DNA of 64,000 bases, taken from IMG/VR virus record IMGVR_UViG_3300027708_000032, positions 64,066 to 128,065 of that record; one strand, written 5' to 3'. The notes under the pieces were generated by a model that searched no databases, had not been told where the DNA came from, and saw nothing but the letters and a program-made list of their open reading frames with translations. This document shows positions 1 to 12,100 of the stretch, piece after piece (position 1 is the stretch's first letter; the number at the start of each line of letters is the position of its first letter). The position numbers and the translations under genes are program-made. Source of the DNA: a virus.

Positions 1-3000
1 ACGCCCCATTGTCCAAATACTTTAAAGAGATCCTGAGATTTTCTCTTAACATCTTCTATTTCTTTAGTATAGTATACTGGTATTTCTTTTCTAAGATCAC
101 CTGTAAGTTCATCTATATTACTAAAGCCCTGATCTGATTTTACTTTTAAGTCATCTAATATTTTACCAGGATTAAACTCAGTGCCAGTAAGAATACTAGG
201 TATAAATCTTGCAGAAAATCCATCTATCATACCAAGGTCAGCAGCACGTCTTGTAAGCTTCTGAAAATACTCATAAGCATCTTTAACAGGTTTGTTTACA
301 TATTCTCCTTTAGAATTTTTCTGATAGATAAACTTATACTTATCACTATGCCATTTAGCAGCAGGTTTAATAAATGTATTATACTTATTTATATAAGCAA
401 AGTCATGTTTGCTACTGTGTTTTTCTTCCCATGCTAATAAAGCTTTATCACGTTTTATTTTTATCTTTTCGTCTGTTCCTGGATAACGTTCTTCTAAAAG
501 TTTAATCTGCTCTAAACGTGCAGCAGTGTATGCAGCTTGATCAAAATCAGTGTTAGCTTTAAACCATCCAAAGTCATTATTTTTAAGAGCAATATCTCTT
601 TGTTTAAAGAAGTCTTTAGAGTATATGTTTAACAAATTACCATTCCATTTTCCTTCATCATCAAACTCTAGTAAATACTGAAACATATCTGTGCCAGACT
701 TACCATTAATAGATGCCCATTCTGTGTATGCTTTTTCTATATCTTTAAGTTCATCAAGATTAGTTAGTACATTTCGATCACGTATACCCTGAGCTTTTCT
801 AAGAGTCTTATAAAAAGTTTGCATAGCAGCAGTATCAAGTGTAGATGTAGATCTAAAGTTACGCTTGAACCAATCCATAGATTTTTCAGCATTAAGTAAT
901 GTATTTATACCTTCTGATCTAGCATAAGCATCAGCTAATTCATTTCTTCTTTTTACTAATTTACCTAGCACGTAAGTAGAATTACCTATCATATCTTGGA
1001 ACTGATCCTTAAGACCTTTTAGATATTCTGTAACAGTGGGTTCTTTGGAAGCAGTTATTTGTTTGTTTATTTCTATAAGCTGTTCTTGAAGATAGTTTTG
1101 AGACTGAGCATAAACTCTCATGGTTTTTATAGCCTCTCCTATATCATAAATAGTAAACTCATTAGCATCTAACTTCTTTTTGTACTTAGTTAGTTCAAAC
1201 AAACCATTATCTACAAAAGAGTTTATATCTTTTCTAACCTGAAGATCTCTTATGGTTCTAGCAAGATCATTTAGTTCTTGAGACTTAAGATTCTTTTCAG
1301 AAGCTTTTACTTTCTTACTTGATAGTATATCATATATAGCATTAAGCTTAGTAATCAAACTATCTAGATTTTCATCACCTGTACTTTCATATAACATAAC
1401 TACAGGAAGAAGATAATTCTTGGTATCTGGTGTCTTAGCAGGGTCAGCATTTCCTATCTCTATACCTGTAAGATTTTTTAACATTAACCCACCCACTTCT
1501 CTACTGTAAAGATATTCTGTCTTAATAGGAATGGCTCTAAGCTTATTAAACTTACTAAACCCATAATGCTTACTTAGTATTTTTTTATACTGTTCCATTT
1601 GGATTCTGTAAGCAGGAGCTTTAAACCACTTAAGTTCATCTTGATCTTTACCAATCTCTTGAGACTTCCAGTCATAGATATCTACAGAACCATCAGGTAG
1701 TATAACAACAAGATCTATTGTACCAGCAACATTCTTTTCAGGATCGTATATCTTAACCTCTGCTAAAAATCTAGTTTTAGGATCTGAGTATTGTTTAAGT
1801 AGATCAGTGAAGTATGTTTCTAACTTCTGATATACATCAGTAGTGGTAGATATATTTTTTTTAGTTACAGCTGTAGCTCTACGAATACCCTTTTCATCAA
1901 AGTATCTTCTAATGATATCTTCCATGTCCTTGTGTATCTTAGTACCTTCATCAGCTTTAAGACTATCAATCATCTTCTGACGCTCTGATCTATTATCTGT
2001 AGGGAATCTTTCTTTATACCATGCATCTACATACACAGAGTTAACACTTCTACCTTTTCCTTCTTTGTCTACAACAGGTTTACCATCTACATTATATATA
2101 TGTTTCTTCTCCCCCGTGGCAGGATCTATATTATCGTCCAGTTTAATTTTATCTTGGTCAGCTATAAGTTTGTTTGTAGAATACTCAGGAGAGTTAACAT
2201 TGTTAGCTTGGAGAAACTCTTCATCAGATAGTTGTTTCTGTGTATCTAGCTGAGATGTGTCATTTGTGGTAATACTTTCTGCAGCAGTTTGGAAAGGATT
2301 AGTGGTAGCTACGTTAAATACTTTCTTTATAAAGTCCCACACTTTATTCCACCATTTCTTAACTGTGTTTATTTTATCACTAACTTCCTCACCTGTCTCG
2401 TTCTTTATTATATGAGCCATGATGAGTTTACCTATAGCCTCTTTCTTAAGCTTATCAAAGTTTATAGTACCATCTGCGTTACGGTACATCTTAATATCTT
2501 TATACTCATCAACTGTCTGCTTGTATATCTTGTATCCAGTTATCTGGTTGTACATCTCTTTGTATAAAGCATTCTCTGTACCAAGCATCTCTACAAAAAA
2601 GTGAGCAGCCTCTTCAGAGAGTGTAGTAATATCAGCTCTGCCTTCTACCACTTGTATAATCTTATTAAGCATATCAGCCTTAGCTACAGCATCTAGTACA
2701 TTACCAGCTCTGTCTCTAATCTGAGATAGTGTTTGTATGTTCACACCAACAGATGCTAAGAAGTTTTTTATCTTACCATCTATTTGTTCGTTAGATTCTT
2801 TAGGAGATTGTTGTTCTTTCTGAAAAAACTCTCCACGCTGTTCTTCACTATACTCACCTCTAGCTTGTTCTGCGTCCTGAAGGTTACGAGCTTCATCTAT
2901 AAGTTTATTCTGTTCATCTTGTTTATACTTTGTAAAGTATGTATCTACAAGTTTATCAGAAGGATCTATAAAGAAGGATCCTTTTTCTCCTTCTTTAATA

Positions 3001-3164
3001 ACAAGATCTTTAAACTCTGCATTAACTTCTGCAATAGCTTTAGAAGCTTTGTTAGGATTAGCAAAGTAGCCAGCTGTATCTTGTACAGTGGCTCCTCTAT
3101 CAGTAAGTTTATTTCCTACTTTATCTATTATATCTTTCTTAATATCTAATGAACATTTACTCAT
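1..3164 (-). CDS. Giant virion/cargo protein, partial (runs off the left edge, >1054 aa), with a degenerate zincin-like segment and a RecB-type PD-(D/E)xK nuclease domain
   Basis: Not in the ORF track because no stop lies in the window. ATG at 3164-3162, 2 nt after the TAA of the 5424-aa gene. Manual translation at several points stays in one frame: MSKCSLDIKK..., TLSEEAAHFFVE (~2590-2625), DEGTKIHKDME (~1920-1952), VAGTIDLVVILPDGSVDIYDWKS (~1662-1730), YRIQMEQYKKIL (~1575-1610), ...KSQDLFKVFGQWG at the edge. Confidence 0.9.
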   Translation of the reverse strand, partial: MSKCSLDIKKDIIDKVGNKLTDRGATVQDTAGYFANPNKASKAIAEVNAEFKDLVIKEGEKGSFFIDPSDKLVDTYFTKYKQDEQNKLIDEARNLQDAEQARGEYSEEQRGEFFQKEQQSPKESNEQIDGKIKNFLASVGVNIQTLSQIRDRAGNVLDAVAKADMLNKIIQVVEGRADITTLSEEAAHFFVEMLGTENALYKEMYNQITGYKIYKQTVDEYKDIKMYRNADGTINFDKLKKEAIGKLIMAHIIKNETGEEVSDKINTVKKWWNKVWDFIKKVFNVATTNPFQTAAESITTNDTSQLDTQKQLSDEEFLQANNVNSPEYSTNKLIADQDKIKLDDNIDPATGEKKHIYNVDGKPVVDKEGKGRSVNSVYVDAWYKERFPTDNRSERQKMIDSLKADEGTKIHKDMEDIIRRYFDEKGIRRATAVTKKNISTTTDVYQKLETYFTDLLKQYSDPKTRFLAEVKIYDPEKNVAGTIDLVVILPDGSVDIYDWKSQEIGKDQDELKWFKAPAYRIQMEQYKKILSKHYGFSKFNKLRAIPIKTEYLYSREVGGLMLKNLTGIEIGNADPAKTPDTKNYLLPVVMLYESTGDENLDSLITKLNAIYDILSSKKVKASEKNLKSQELNDLARTIRDLQVRKDINSFVDNGLFELTKYKKKLDANEFTIYDIGEAIKTMRVYAQSQNYLQEQLIEINKQITASKEPTVTEYLKGLKDQFQDMIGNSTYVLGKLVKRRNELADAYARSEGINTLLNAEKSMDWFKRNFRSTSTLDTAAMQTFYKTLRKAQGIRDRNVLTNLDELKDIEKAYTEWASINGKSGTDMFQYLLEFDDEGKWNGNLLNIYSKDFFKQRDIALKNNDFGWFKANTDFDQAAYTAARLEQIKLLEERYPGTDEKIKIKRDKALLAWEEKHSSKHDFAYINKYNTFIKPAAKWHSDKYKFIYQKNSKGEYVNKPVKDAYEYFQKLTRRAADLGMIDGFSARFIPSILTGTEFNPGKILDDLKVKSDQGFSNIDELTGDLRKEIPVYYTKEIEDVKRKSQDLFKVFGQWG

Positions 3165-3166
3165 TA

Positions 3167-6100
3167 TTAACAGCTGTTTTGATTGTTATTATCAATAGAT
3201 GGAAAACCTTCTGGTTGTACATTTGTATTTCCAGGAACCCAGATACCTGTTTCATCTTGTCTTATATATCCTTTACTTGTAAGATACTTAGCTAATGCAA
3301 CTTCTCCTATATTATAACTTTTTGTGTTTTCTATATGTGCTGCTGTATCCATTATGAACTTAGCACCAGCTGCAATAGCTTTGTCTATATTTTTATAAGC
3401 AAACTGTAACACTCCATTTTCTACAGGATTAACTCTACCACCACGAGATCCATTACTACTTACATATATTAAATCTGAAGAGTTATAAACACCAGTGTTA
3501 GCTAAACCATATTGATCATAAAGTTTCTTGTAGTTATCTGTGCTACTCTTAACAGAACCTTCACCTATATACTGAGTGGCTTGTCTTGTTTTAAACTGTT
3601 CTTTAGGAAGATATTTCTTAGCTGTTTCATTTATAACCTCAGGCATTCTGTTAGTTATATCTTGTTTCTGAGCTTCTGTAGCTTGTTTAATATTTGATGC
3701 TGCTGTAGTTTCTAACTTATATGCACTAATATCATACATGTGTACCATCTCACCTCTCATTAAGTTCTTACCTGCATACTTAGCATCTTTCTTAAAGTTC
3801 TCCCATGTACCATATCCTTCTTTCTTAGCAAACTCATCTTTAGTGTAAGAGATACCATCACCCACTATATTATTTTCTTTCATCTGTACTAAGCCAAGAT
3901 ACTTTATAGAAAACGTGTTACCTTTTTCTGTTCTATACACACCATCTCCTTTATAAAAAGTTTTATGGTATGTGTTACTACGCACTGTGGCAGATGCTGT
4001 ACCTTTTAATACCCAGTCTTCTATTACATTAAGTTTAATAGATCCCTTTGCAGGGTCTGCTGATACATTCTGTTCTGCCATCTCATCTGCAAAAGACTTA
4101 CCTTTTTCTGTTTTTACTTTATTAGCAAATACTTTAGATTGTACAGTGTTTAAAACATCATTCTTTTTTAATATAGATTCTGCAAACTCATCAGGACTAA
4201 CCTCTATCATATACATTCCATTTCCTAGTTTATTAATAGGTACATAACTATAGTATCCTTTTTCATTAGGTTCTCCCACACGTTCATAAAGAGTGTAACT
4301 ATTTATCTTATCCCACATCTTTTTCTTAGCATACTCTTCACGTAGTTCTTTATCATTAGAAACTTCTTTAGAAAGTTGTTTAACCGTTACAAACTCTCCT
4401 TTATTACGAAAACTTTCTACATTTGGAAATTCAGGATCATGTATTAGTTTATTTTCATCATACTCTTCTTCAGACCTATCTAAATCTTTTAATCCTACTA
4501 CATCTACAAACTTAGCATTTTTATAATTATTCTGATGGAACTGTCTCCACACTGTATCGGGATCCATAGAGTTAGAATCATCTGTCATAAAACTATCTAT
4601 AATATCATGCACTCTTTCTGAATACAAAGATATAGGCATTATCTTACTGAATGATATAGGACTCTGTTGCACACCAGACTGGGCCATTAAAAATATACTA
4701 AGATTATTTACAAAGCTCTGAAGATATTTATCTTGTTTCTTATCTGCTATTTCTTTAAGCTGTTCTAAAGACTCCCCCATAGAGTTCATCTCAAACGAAG
4801 TCAGTCTTGTGTTAAACAGTTTGATATTGTCTGTATCTTTAGTGTCTGAATTTATTACAGCAAATAAGTTTTGAAGAGCTTTATTATCTGGATATAGTTT
4901 TTGGAACTCTTTTAATTGTCTACCTATAGAGTTAGATCCTGTAAATAAATTTTTATAGTAACTATAAACACTTATATACTTACCAGAAGGAGCCTTAAAC
5001 TTAACAGTGTGTAAAACGTAGTTAAGAACAAAGTTTTGATAACGGTTTAATAAATCTATCTTATCATCTTTACTCATGAACTCATCATTCAACACTACAT
5101 CAAACATTTTATCCATTACAGCTTTACTCTTAGGGTGAGCTGTTATAAAAAAGTCTTTAAACATTTTAGGAACATCATCTTTAATATCTTTCATTTTTCC
5201 TAAGAATGTATTCTCCATAACTCTCTCTAAAGAGTCTGCTGTAACAAACCCATCTTTTTCAGCTTGTCTATATGCAGCTTCTTGTAAACGGTTCTCGTTT
5301 ATATTTTTAGTTCTGCTAGTATCATAAGAGATAGCCTTAATAAAGTTACCTAAGAGTCTACCCTGGTCTTCATACTTTTGATAGTCTTGTAAAAGCTGCA
5401 GCTGTTTAATAGCTTCTTCTTTAGTTAGATTGTATGTACCATCTTGATTGGTAGGTTTAATCATATTTACAAGTTCATTAGTCTTGTACATATCTACAGG
5501 ATCTAATGTTCTTAAAGCATTATCTATAGCTTCTATAATTTTTCTTTTTTTCCATGCATACTGAGATGTTAGAGCACTTTGGAAAGTATCATTTCCTTTA
5601 AATGTATTTTTAATAAACTTATCCAGTTCAGGAAAAGCTTTCATTAAGAACTGTTCCATAGCAAGATATCTAACAGTAGACTTAGATAGTTCAGCACCAT
5701 TAACCTTATTTATTAAAGAGTTGTTCTTAGATAGTTCTTTAAAATAAGTTTCAATAATAGGCTGAGTGTGTAGGTATGCTATATCATCCACAGTTACACC
5801 AAGCTTCTGTAAGTAGAACCATACGTTTGCTGTATTTAGTGTAAGGTTAAGATCAAATATAAATGGATCCTTAGCAGCATCCACTGCAGCAGTCATAGCT
5901 TCAGATAAAAGTTCAGAAATCCACTTGTGTCCTTTGTCCTCTATAAGGTTAAGCATATACTTACCTTCTGCAGTGTTAGAGTCAAACTTAATGTTTATGG
6001 CTACAGGATTACCATTTTTGTAGTACACTCCGTTTAGTTCTACATCACCGTACTGAGAAAGACTATGAGATGTAATCTGTAAAGCTATCACACCTACAAG

Positions 6101-9100
6101 CTTCTTACCCGTTATATAACGCTCTCTAACTTCAGTCATGTTTTTCCACTCTGACATAGCTGTCATATCTAGATCAGCAGGTGGAAGATTCTTAAGCTCA
6201 CGTATTTTAGTAGCAATAGCTTTAAGAGTGGCAGCAGCATTTGGTACAACCATCTGACGGTAGTTATCAGGGTGACTAAGAATATTACCCATAAGTTCTA
6301 TCAATCTATTCTGACGAGCCTTCTTGCTATTTTGTTCTTCTATAGGAAGTTCTTTAAACTCTTCTAAACTAGGTAATCCTCCTACACGAGCAAGCTCTTT
6401 TGTATACTCTAGTCTTTGTTCTTTAAGAGATTTTAAAAACTCATCTCTTGTTTTTTCCAGGTTATCTTCTTTCCAGTTTTCCCATTTACCAAGGGCATCA
6501 TTAGCTCTATCAGCTAAAGAATTTAACTGTTCATCTGTCCAAGCATTTATCTGACCATATACATCTAACATAGCCTCATGATACTGGATCATCTGCATAA
6601 GTGTAGGAGCATATTTAGCATCAGAGTTAGCTTGAAGAAGACGTTCAGCCACTGCTTTATTTTCTGCTACAGATAATATACCCTCATCTTTTAAATCATA
6701 GAAGGGTTGTTTAATAGACAGAGGAAGAGTTTTAAATAATTTAAGACCTTCAGCTTTATATCTACTTATGGTATCATCATTACTCTTGGTCTCATTAGCT
6801 ATCTTAAATATTTCATTTTTAGCATTTTCATACTGATCATCATATTGCTGTCTAGCGTTATTAAACTTTTTAAATATATCATCCTTGTTACTACCGTACT
6901 TTTCTTGAAGACTAGTTCTTTCACCTGAATATCTTTCAAGAGTTTTAACATAACTCTTAGTATCAGAGTCAACACTCTCATTAATAAAACGAGTGTATCT
7001 GTCTTCCACCTCAGCATCAGATGTGCTATACTCAATGTATGTAGGCTTACCTGATTTCTTATCTATATAATAGTTAGCTAAGAATAAGTTTAGCTTATCT
7101 ATATCAAAATCCGAACCAGCCTTAGCCACAATCTCAGAAGGAACAACAATCATGTCTCCCCATTGTGAGTCTAAGAAACCAGCTATTCTAATACTATCTA
7201 TAGAGTTAAGAGCCTGTGTAGGAATACGGAAACCAATAGCTTGAAGTAATCTTGGATCTAGTTCTGATAATTTAATTTCCTCACCTTCTTTGAATACATC
7301 TTTAAAAAAGTTAGGAACCAAAACTTCCATGTAAGGTTTCTCTTTCGTGTAGAAGTTAAGATCTGCAGAAACCATCTTAGCTGTTTTACGTTGAGCTTTT
7401 GTAAGTTCAGATCCTTTAACTGGAGCTACATACTTACTATTCTCTTTGTACGTAAACATTCTATCACTAGTCTCAAACATTGTAGCAGGAACCTGAACAG
7501 CTGCTTTACCATGCATAGTCTGAGCAAGTATTCTACTATCTACAATAGAGTTTAGAATGTTATCAAGCTTCTCACGTACAGGACTAGCATCAAATCTATA
7601 CTGTACTCTTTGAACACCTGTATTAGCATCTGTCATAACCTTGAGCATATCCAATACATTATCTGGAAGATCTCTACGTTCCATCTCGGACTTAAGAGTA
7701 TCCATCATTCCGTTAAGATCATCTGTAATATACTCTTCACCCACCTGACGTAATCCTAAGTCTTTAAGAACACCTCTAAACTCAGTGGCTGTAAGACTAT
7801 CTATTAATCTATTATACTCTTCTGCAAATGCTCTAAGTTCTGTATTATCTTTTGAAATATTACTAAGATTGATCTTTCTCATCTGACTACCAAAGATAGT
7901 GCTGTCTTTACTATACGCAGCCATCTCTACCTGGAAGCCATAATACTTAGTATACATCTCTTGTATAGGAGGAGCTTCTTGATTAAATGCACCGTTCTCA
8001 TCATACAAAGGTTGTATAGTTCTTGTACCTTCTTCTTTAGTCTTTGATTTAGTAACAACACCCACTTTCTGTCCAGAAACAAAACCTACAATATCAACCT
8101 GATCTGTCTGAGCTTGTAAATACTTACCAAGCATATTACGTTTATCAACCACTCTAGACCATACAAGAGGAACAACTGAATGCTTAAGCATACTTGTATG
8201 AGTTAAACCTTTAGTATTTTGATATCCAAACCCTTGAGGTTTTAACACTTGTAGTATAGCTTTAGGTTTTGGATTAGCCATTACAGCTTTAGCATTATCA
8301 ATCTCATCTTGAGTGTATGTCTTAGCAAACCCTGGAACATCATACATAGGATGTTTAGGATTAGATCTATCTACTATTTCATTAGCATTTTCCCATTGAA
8401 GAAGAGAATCTTGTTCAGATAATAACTTACCACTTAAGAAGTGCATGTCTCTAAAGAAGTCAGGCATAATATAAGCACCACCATCAGCTTCACTAGCATT
8501 AATATATCCGTCTATCGTTGTACCTTTTCCACCTACTATTTCACTTACAGTACCGTCATCATTAAACTCTGCACCTATAAGTTTCTCTATAAGTTTTTTA
8601 TCTTTCTTAGTAATCTCTTTATTAGCACTTTCATATGTAGCTTTCATACTAGCATATATCCCTTCTGCTATATTGTTTAAGTACACAGACACAGACTCAG
8701 GATCTTCATGAGTGACAAACCTAAATGTATTAGTACGTTCTTTACCATCAAAACGTGACATATTACTATCCATCCAACCTAGATACTGAGAGTTCTCAGT
8801 GATAGCTTGCTTCTGAGAGTTAATACCTGATGAACGTTTAGCAAGTTCTTTACCATACAATGCAGGGTGTCCAAACAAAAGTTTGTGCTGTTCAAACACT
8901 GCCATCTGTCTATTAGTTGTTATAAATGTAATCAGCTTCTTAAAATCACGAGCAGGTATAGCACCATCTTTATACGGAAACTTTTCACCTAAACCATCAA
9001 GCTGTTCTTTAGAAAACATATTAGTCTTGTAAATGTTTGCAACCCTATCATACTTAACTAATCCTAAATCCTGTAACCATTTAATATTTTCTTCAACTTT

Positions 9101-12100
9101 AGCATTAGCATAGTTTACTATTAGAGTTGTCACTATATCACTATCTGCAAACTGTTCTTCTGATATTTTACCAGCCATGTAATCTGCAAATAACTTTTTA
9201 ACTGTCTCATTGCTATCCACTTTAATGATCTCTCTGAAGTTACCAAGTTTAACAACATTATCAGAATAGTTCTTTATTTTATACTTAGTATTACCACTTT
9301 CAAATAGTGCTGTTCTAAGTTCATCTTTTAATCCTTCTTTGTATAGATCTACAATCTCTGGTGTCTCTGCAACAGAACCAAGCTTAACATCACCAAGCTT
9401 TATAAAGTGTCCAAAGTTTAAACCAAACTCACTAGACTTATCTGAGTTGATGATTGTAAAATATGTACCATCTAAAATATGATATATCTCTTGTACCACT
9501 TTATCAGGGAACTCAAGTCTATCAGTACTTGTTCCTACGGACTCTGACTCACTAGAAATACCTAATATATATCGGTATTCAAACTTAGCATCTTTTAATT
9601 TCTTACCCGTACTATCAAACAAAGGACCATCCTTCTTAAGAAGATGTGAACCTACTACATATGGATTAAGTTTAACTTCTCCTGTTTTTAAATCTACCTG
9701 ACCCAGGTGAGGATTAGATGCTATAAAGTCTGTAAGATTATCTACTGCTTTAAATGAGTTAGCTATATAACTCACTGCAGATGGTTGTGTAATACTATAT
9801 TGTTGTTTACCTTCTGCGTTACGTGTAGATAGAATAGTTTCATCTCCTGTAAACTTCTGCTCTACGGCAATCAGATTATTTATACGACCATTTACAATTT
9901 GTTTACCAAACAAGTCGTCAAAGGTTCTTATAGTACCATCATCAAACTTAGCTTTAATAGCTGAGAAGTCTTTAGATATTTGACTAGCTCCTGCTTCTAA
10001 TACCACTTCTTCATCTGTAGCACTAAATTCAAAACCTAACTTTCTAAGACTATCTACCATTTGTAATGGACTAGTAACACTCATTATTTTAGCATACTGC
10101 TCTGATAAAGTATTAAATACTATCTCTGCATTAGCATTGATGTAGATCATAGGACCCTTTTTAAAGTCCTCTTCTGAACTACCATAAAATTCTTTAGCGT
10201 TATATTTTATATTATTCTGCCAGTCTTCTCTAATACGTCTAGCATTTGTAGAGTCAAGAGTATTATCAGAATATATAACACCGTTTTCTCCAACAATAAG
10301 TTTATGTGGGCTGTTTCTATTATTACTAAATGAACTTTCAAAAGCTACTAACAATGCTACTTCATCTTTGTTAAGAGAAGTAATATCTCTTTTAGTACCA
10401 TTTAAATCTTCATAGGCTAGTCTTCTTTTAAGACGAGCTATCCACTCATACCCCACTTTATATCTTCCGTTCTTTTTAAACCTGTTGTCTAACTTTTCAA
10501 ACATCTGATCCAGTGCAGATACTTCTTCAAGTCTTTTGGTTTTAGGATTGTATTTAGTAACAGCCACTGTACTATGTAATTCATTATGTAAGAGGTTAAG
10601 CTTACGAGCATAGTCTTCTAGTATAGGTAGGCCAAGTTCATTACGTCTGTTAGTTGTAATACCATTATCACTATATTCATCAGAAGGTAAAGACGCAATA
10701 AGAAGTTTAACTTCTGCTTTGGTCATATCTCTAGGATCAATAAACATAGCTTCTACAATACCCAATCTATCATTGCGTTCTATTTCCTCAGCAGCCATTG
10801 TTTCTTTAACCTCATCATCTATTTTGTTCTTTACATCTTTAAACTCTAAACCAAACTGACTTATATATTTTTTAAATAGGTCTCTTACTTCTGTATTTAT
10901 AGAGTTAACTGCTAGTAGCTGATTTAACATATCAGGAATAGATATCAACTGATTATTAATAGCTTCTTGATTAAAACCTAATTGGGATAGATGATTAGAA
11001 ATAAAGTCTTTATTTTCATCAAACCTATCCATTACATTATTAGCAACACCAGCATATAACTGATTAAATAATAAAGGCTTGCTACCATCAAACAAAGCTT
11101 TAATATTATTTTCTCCTGCATATAAATCTATAAAGAACTGAGCAGCCATACCTTCCATTAACTTCTGTGTAAACTCTGCATTTGTACCTGTAAGAGTGGA
11201 ACGGAATGCAGGCATCTGTGGCTGTACATTTTCTACCTCTTTAGCATTAGCAAACTCACCTGCTGCTATCTTACGGAACATTTCATTTATAGCACTATTC
11301 TCAGGTTGTGCAGTTGTTATACCAAATGCTTCTTGTATATACTTCCAGATACTTTTAAAGAAGTTCAATATCTTACGAAACAATGTATTTCTTACTGGAG
11401 AGTTTTCTTTAACCACACCTTTATCACTTCTTATGTAAGGAATAAACTCTTCAGCCAACATTTCTTTTACATCGTATGCTGTAGCTTTAGAATGATCTTT
11501 AGTTTCTCCTGTAAAGATGTTTGTAAACTTACCTGGTCTATTTCTAAACTCTTCTATTAATTTCTCTTGGTCTTTAGCAGTAAGATAACTATTCCATACA
11601 GCTTCAAATGCTTCATGGAAACCTGTACCAGCTCCAGCATTCTGATAAATCTGTATTACACCTTTTATAAATTTACCCATAGCTCTACCATCAATAAGAT
11701 CATTTGCTATTTCTAAATGAATCTGAGGAAGTATTCTAGCTAATGTTTTTTTAAACTCTTCTATGTTTTCTTTTTCTTTAACTAGTTGTTCTAAATATAG
11801 ACGATGATGTCCATTATCAGAAGATGTAGTTTTATTACGTGAGTTTAATAATTGTAATGCTGCTTGAGCTGCTGCAGTTATACTTGCAGGATCAGAAGCT
11901 TGTACTACTGGTTCTGTTTGTGTAGGCTTACCTTCTAAAGCAGCTAGTTTAAATACTTTATTTTCAAAATCTTTTCTATCAAAAGTCTCACTGAATTTTT
12001 CACCATCAGGATAAGTTACTTCAACTTCTACAGTATCAGCTGTAGTACTTAAAACTTTAACTTTAGTTCCTTCATAAGATTCTTTTGAAGCAGCTTTATA

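Noticed and set aside
2065-3149. Short plus-strand ORFs at the left end of the ORF track
   Set aside because: They overlap a long minus-strand frame (1-3164) containing recognisable nuclease motifs; they are antisense artefacts.
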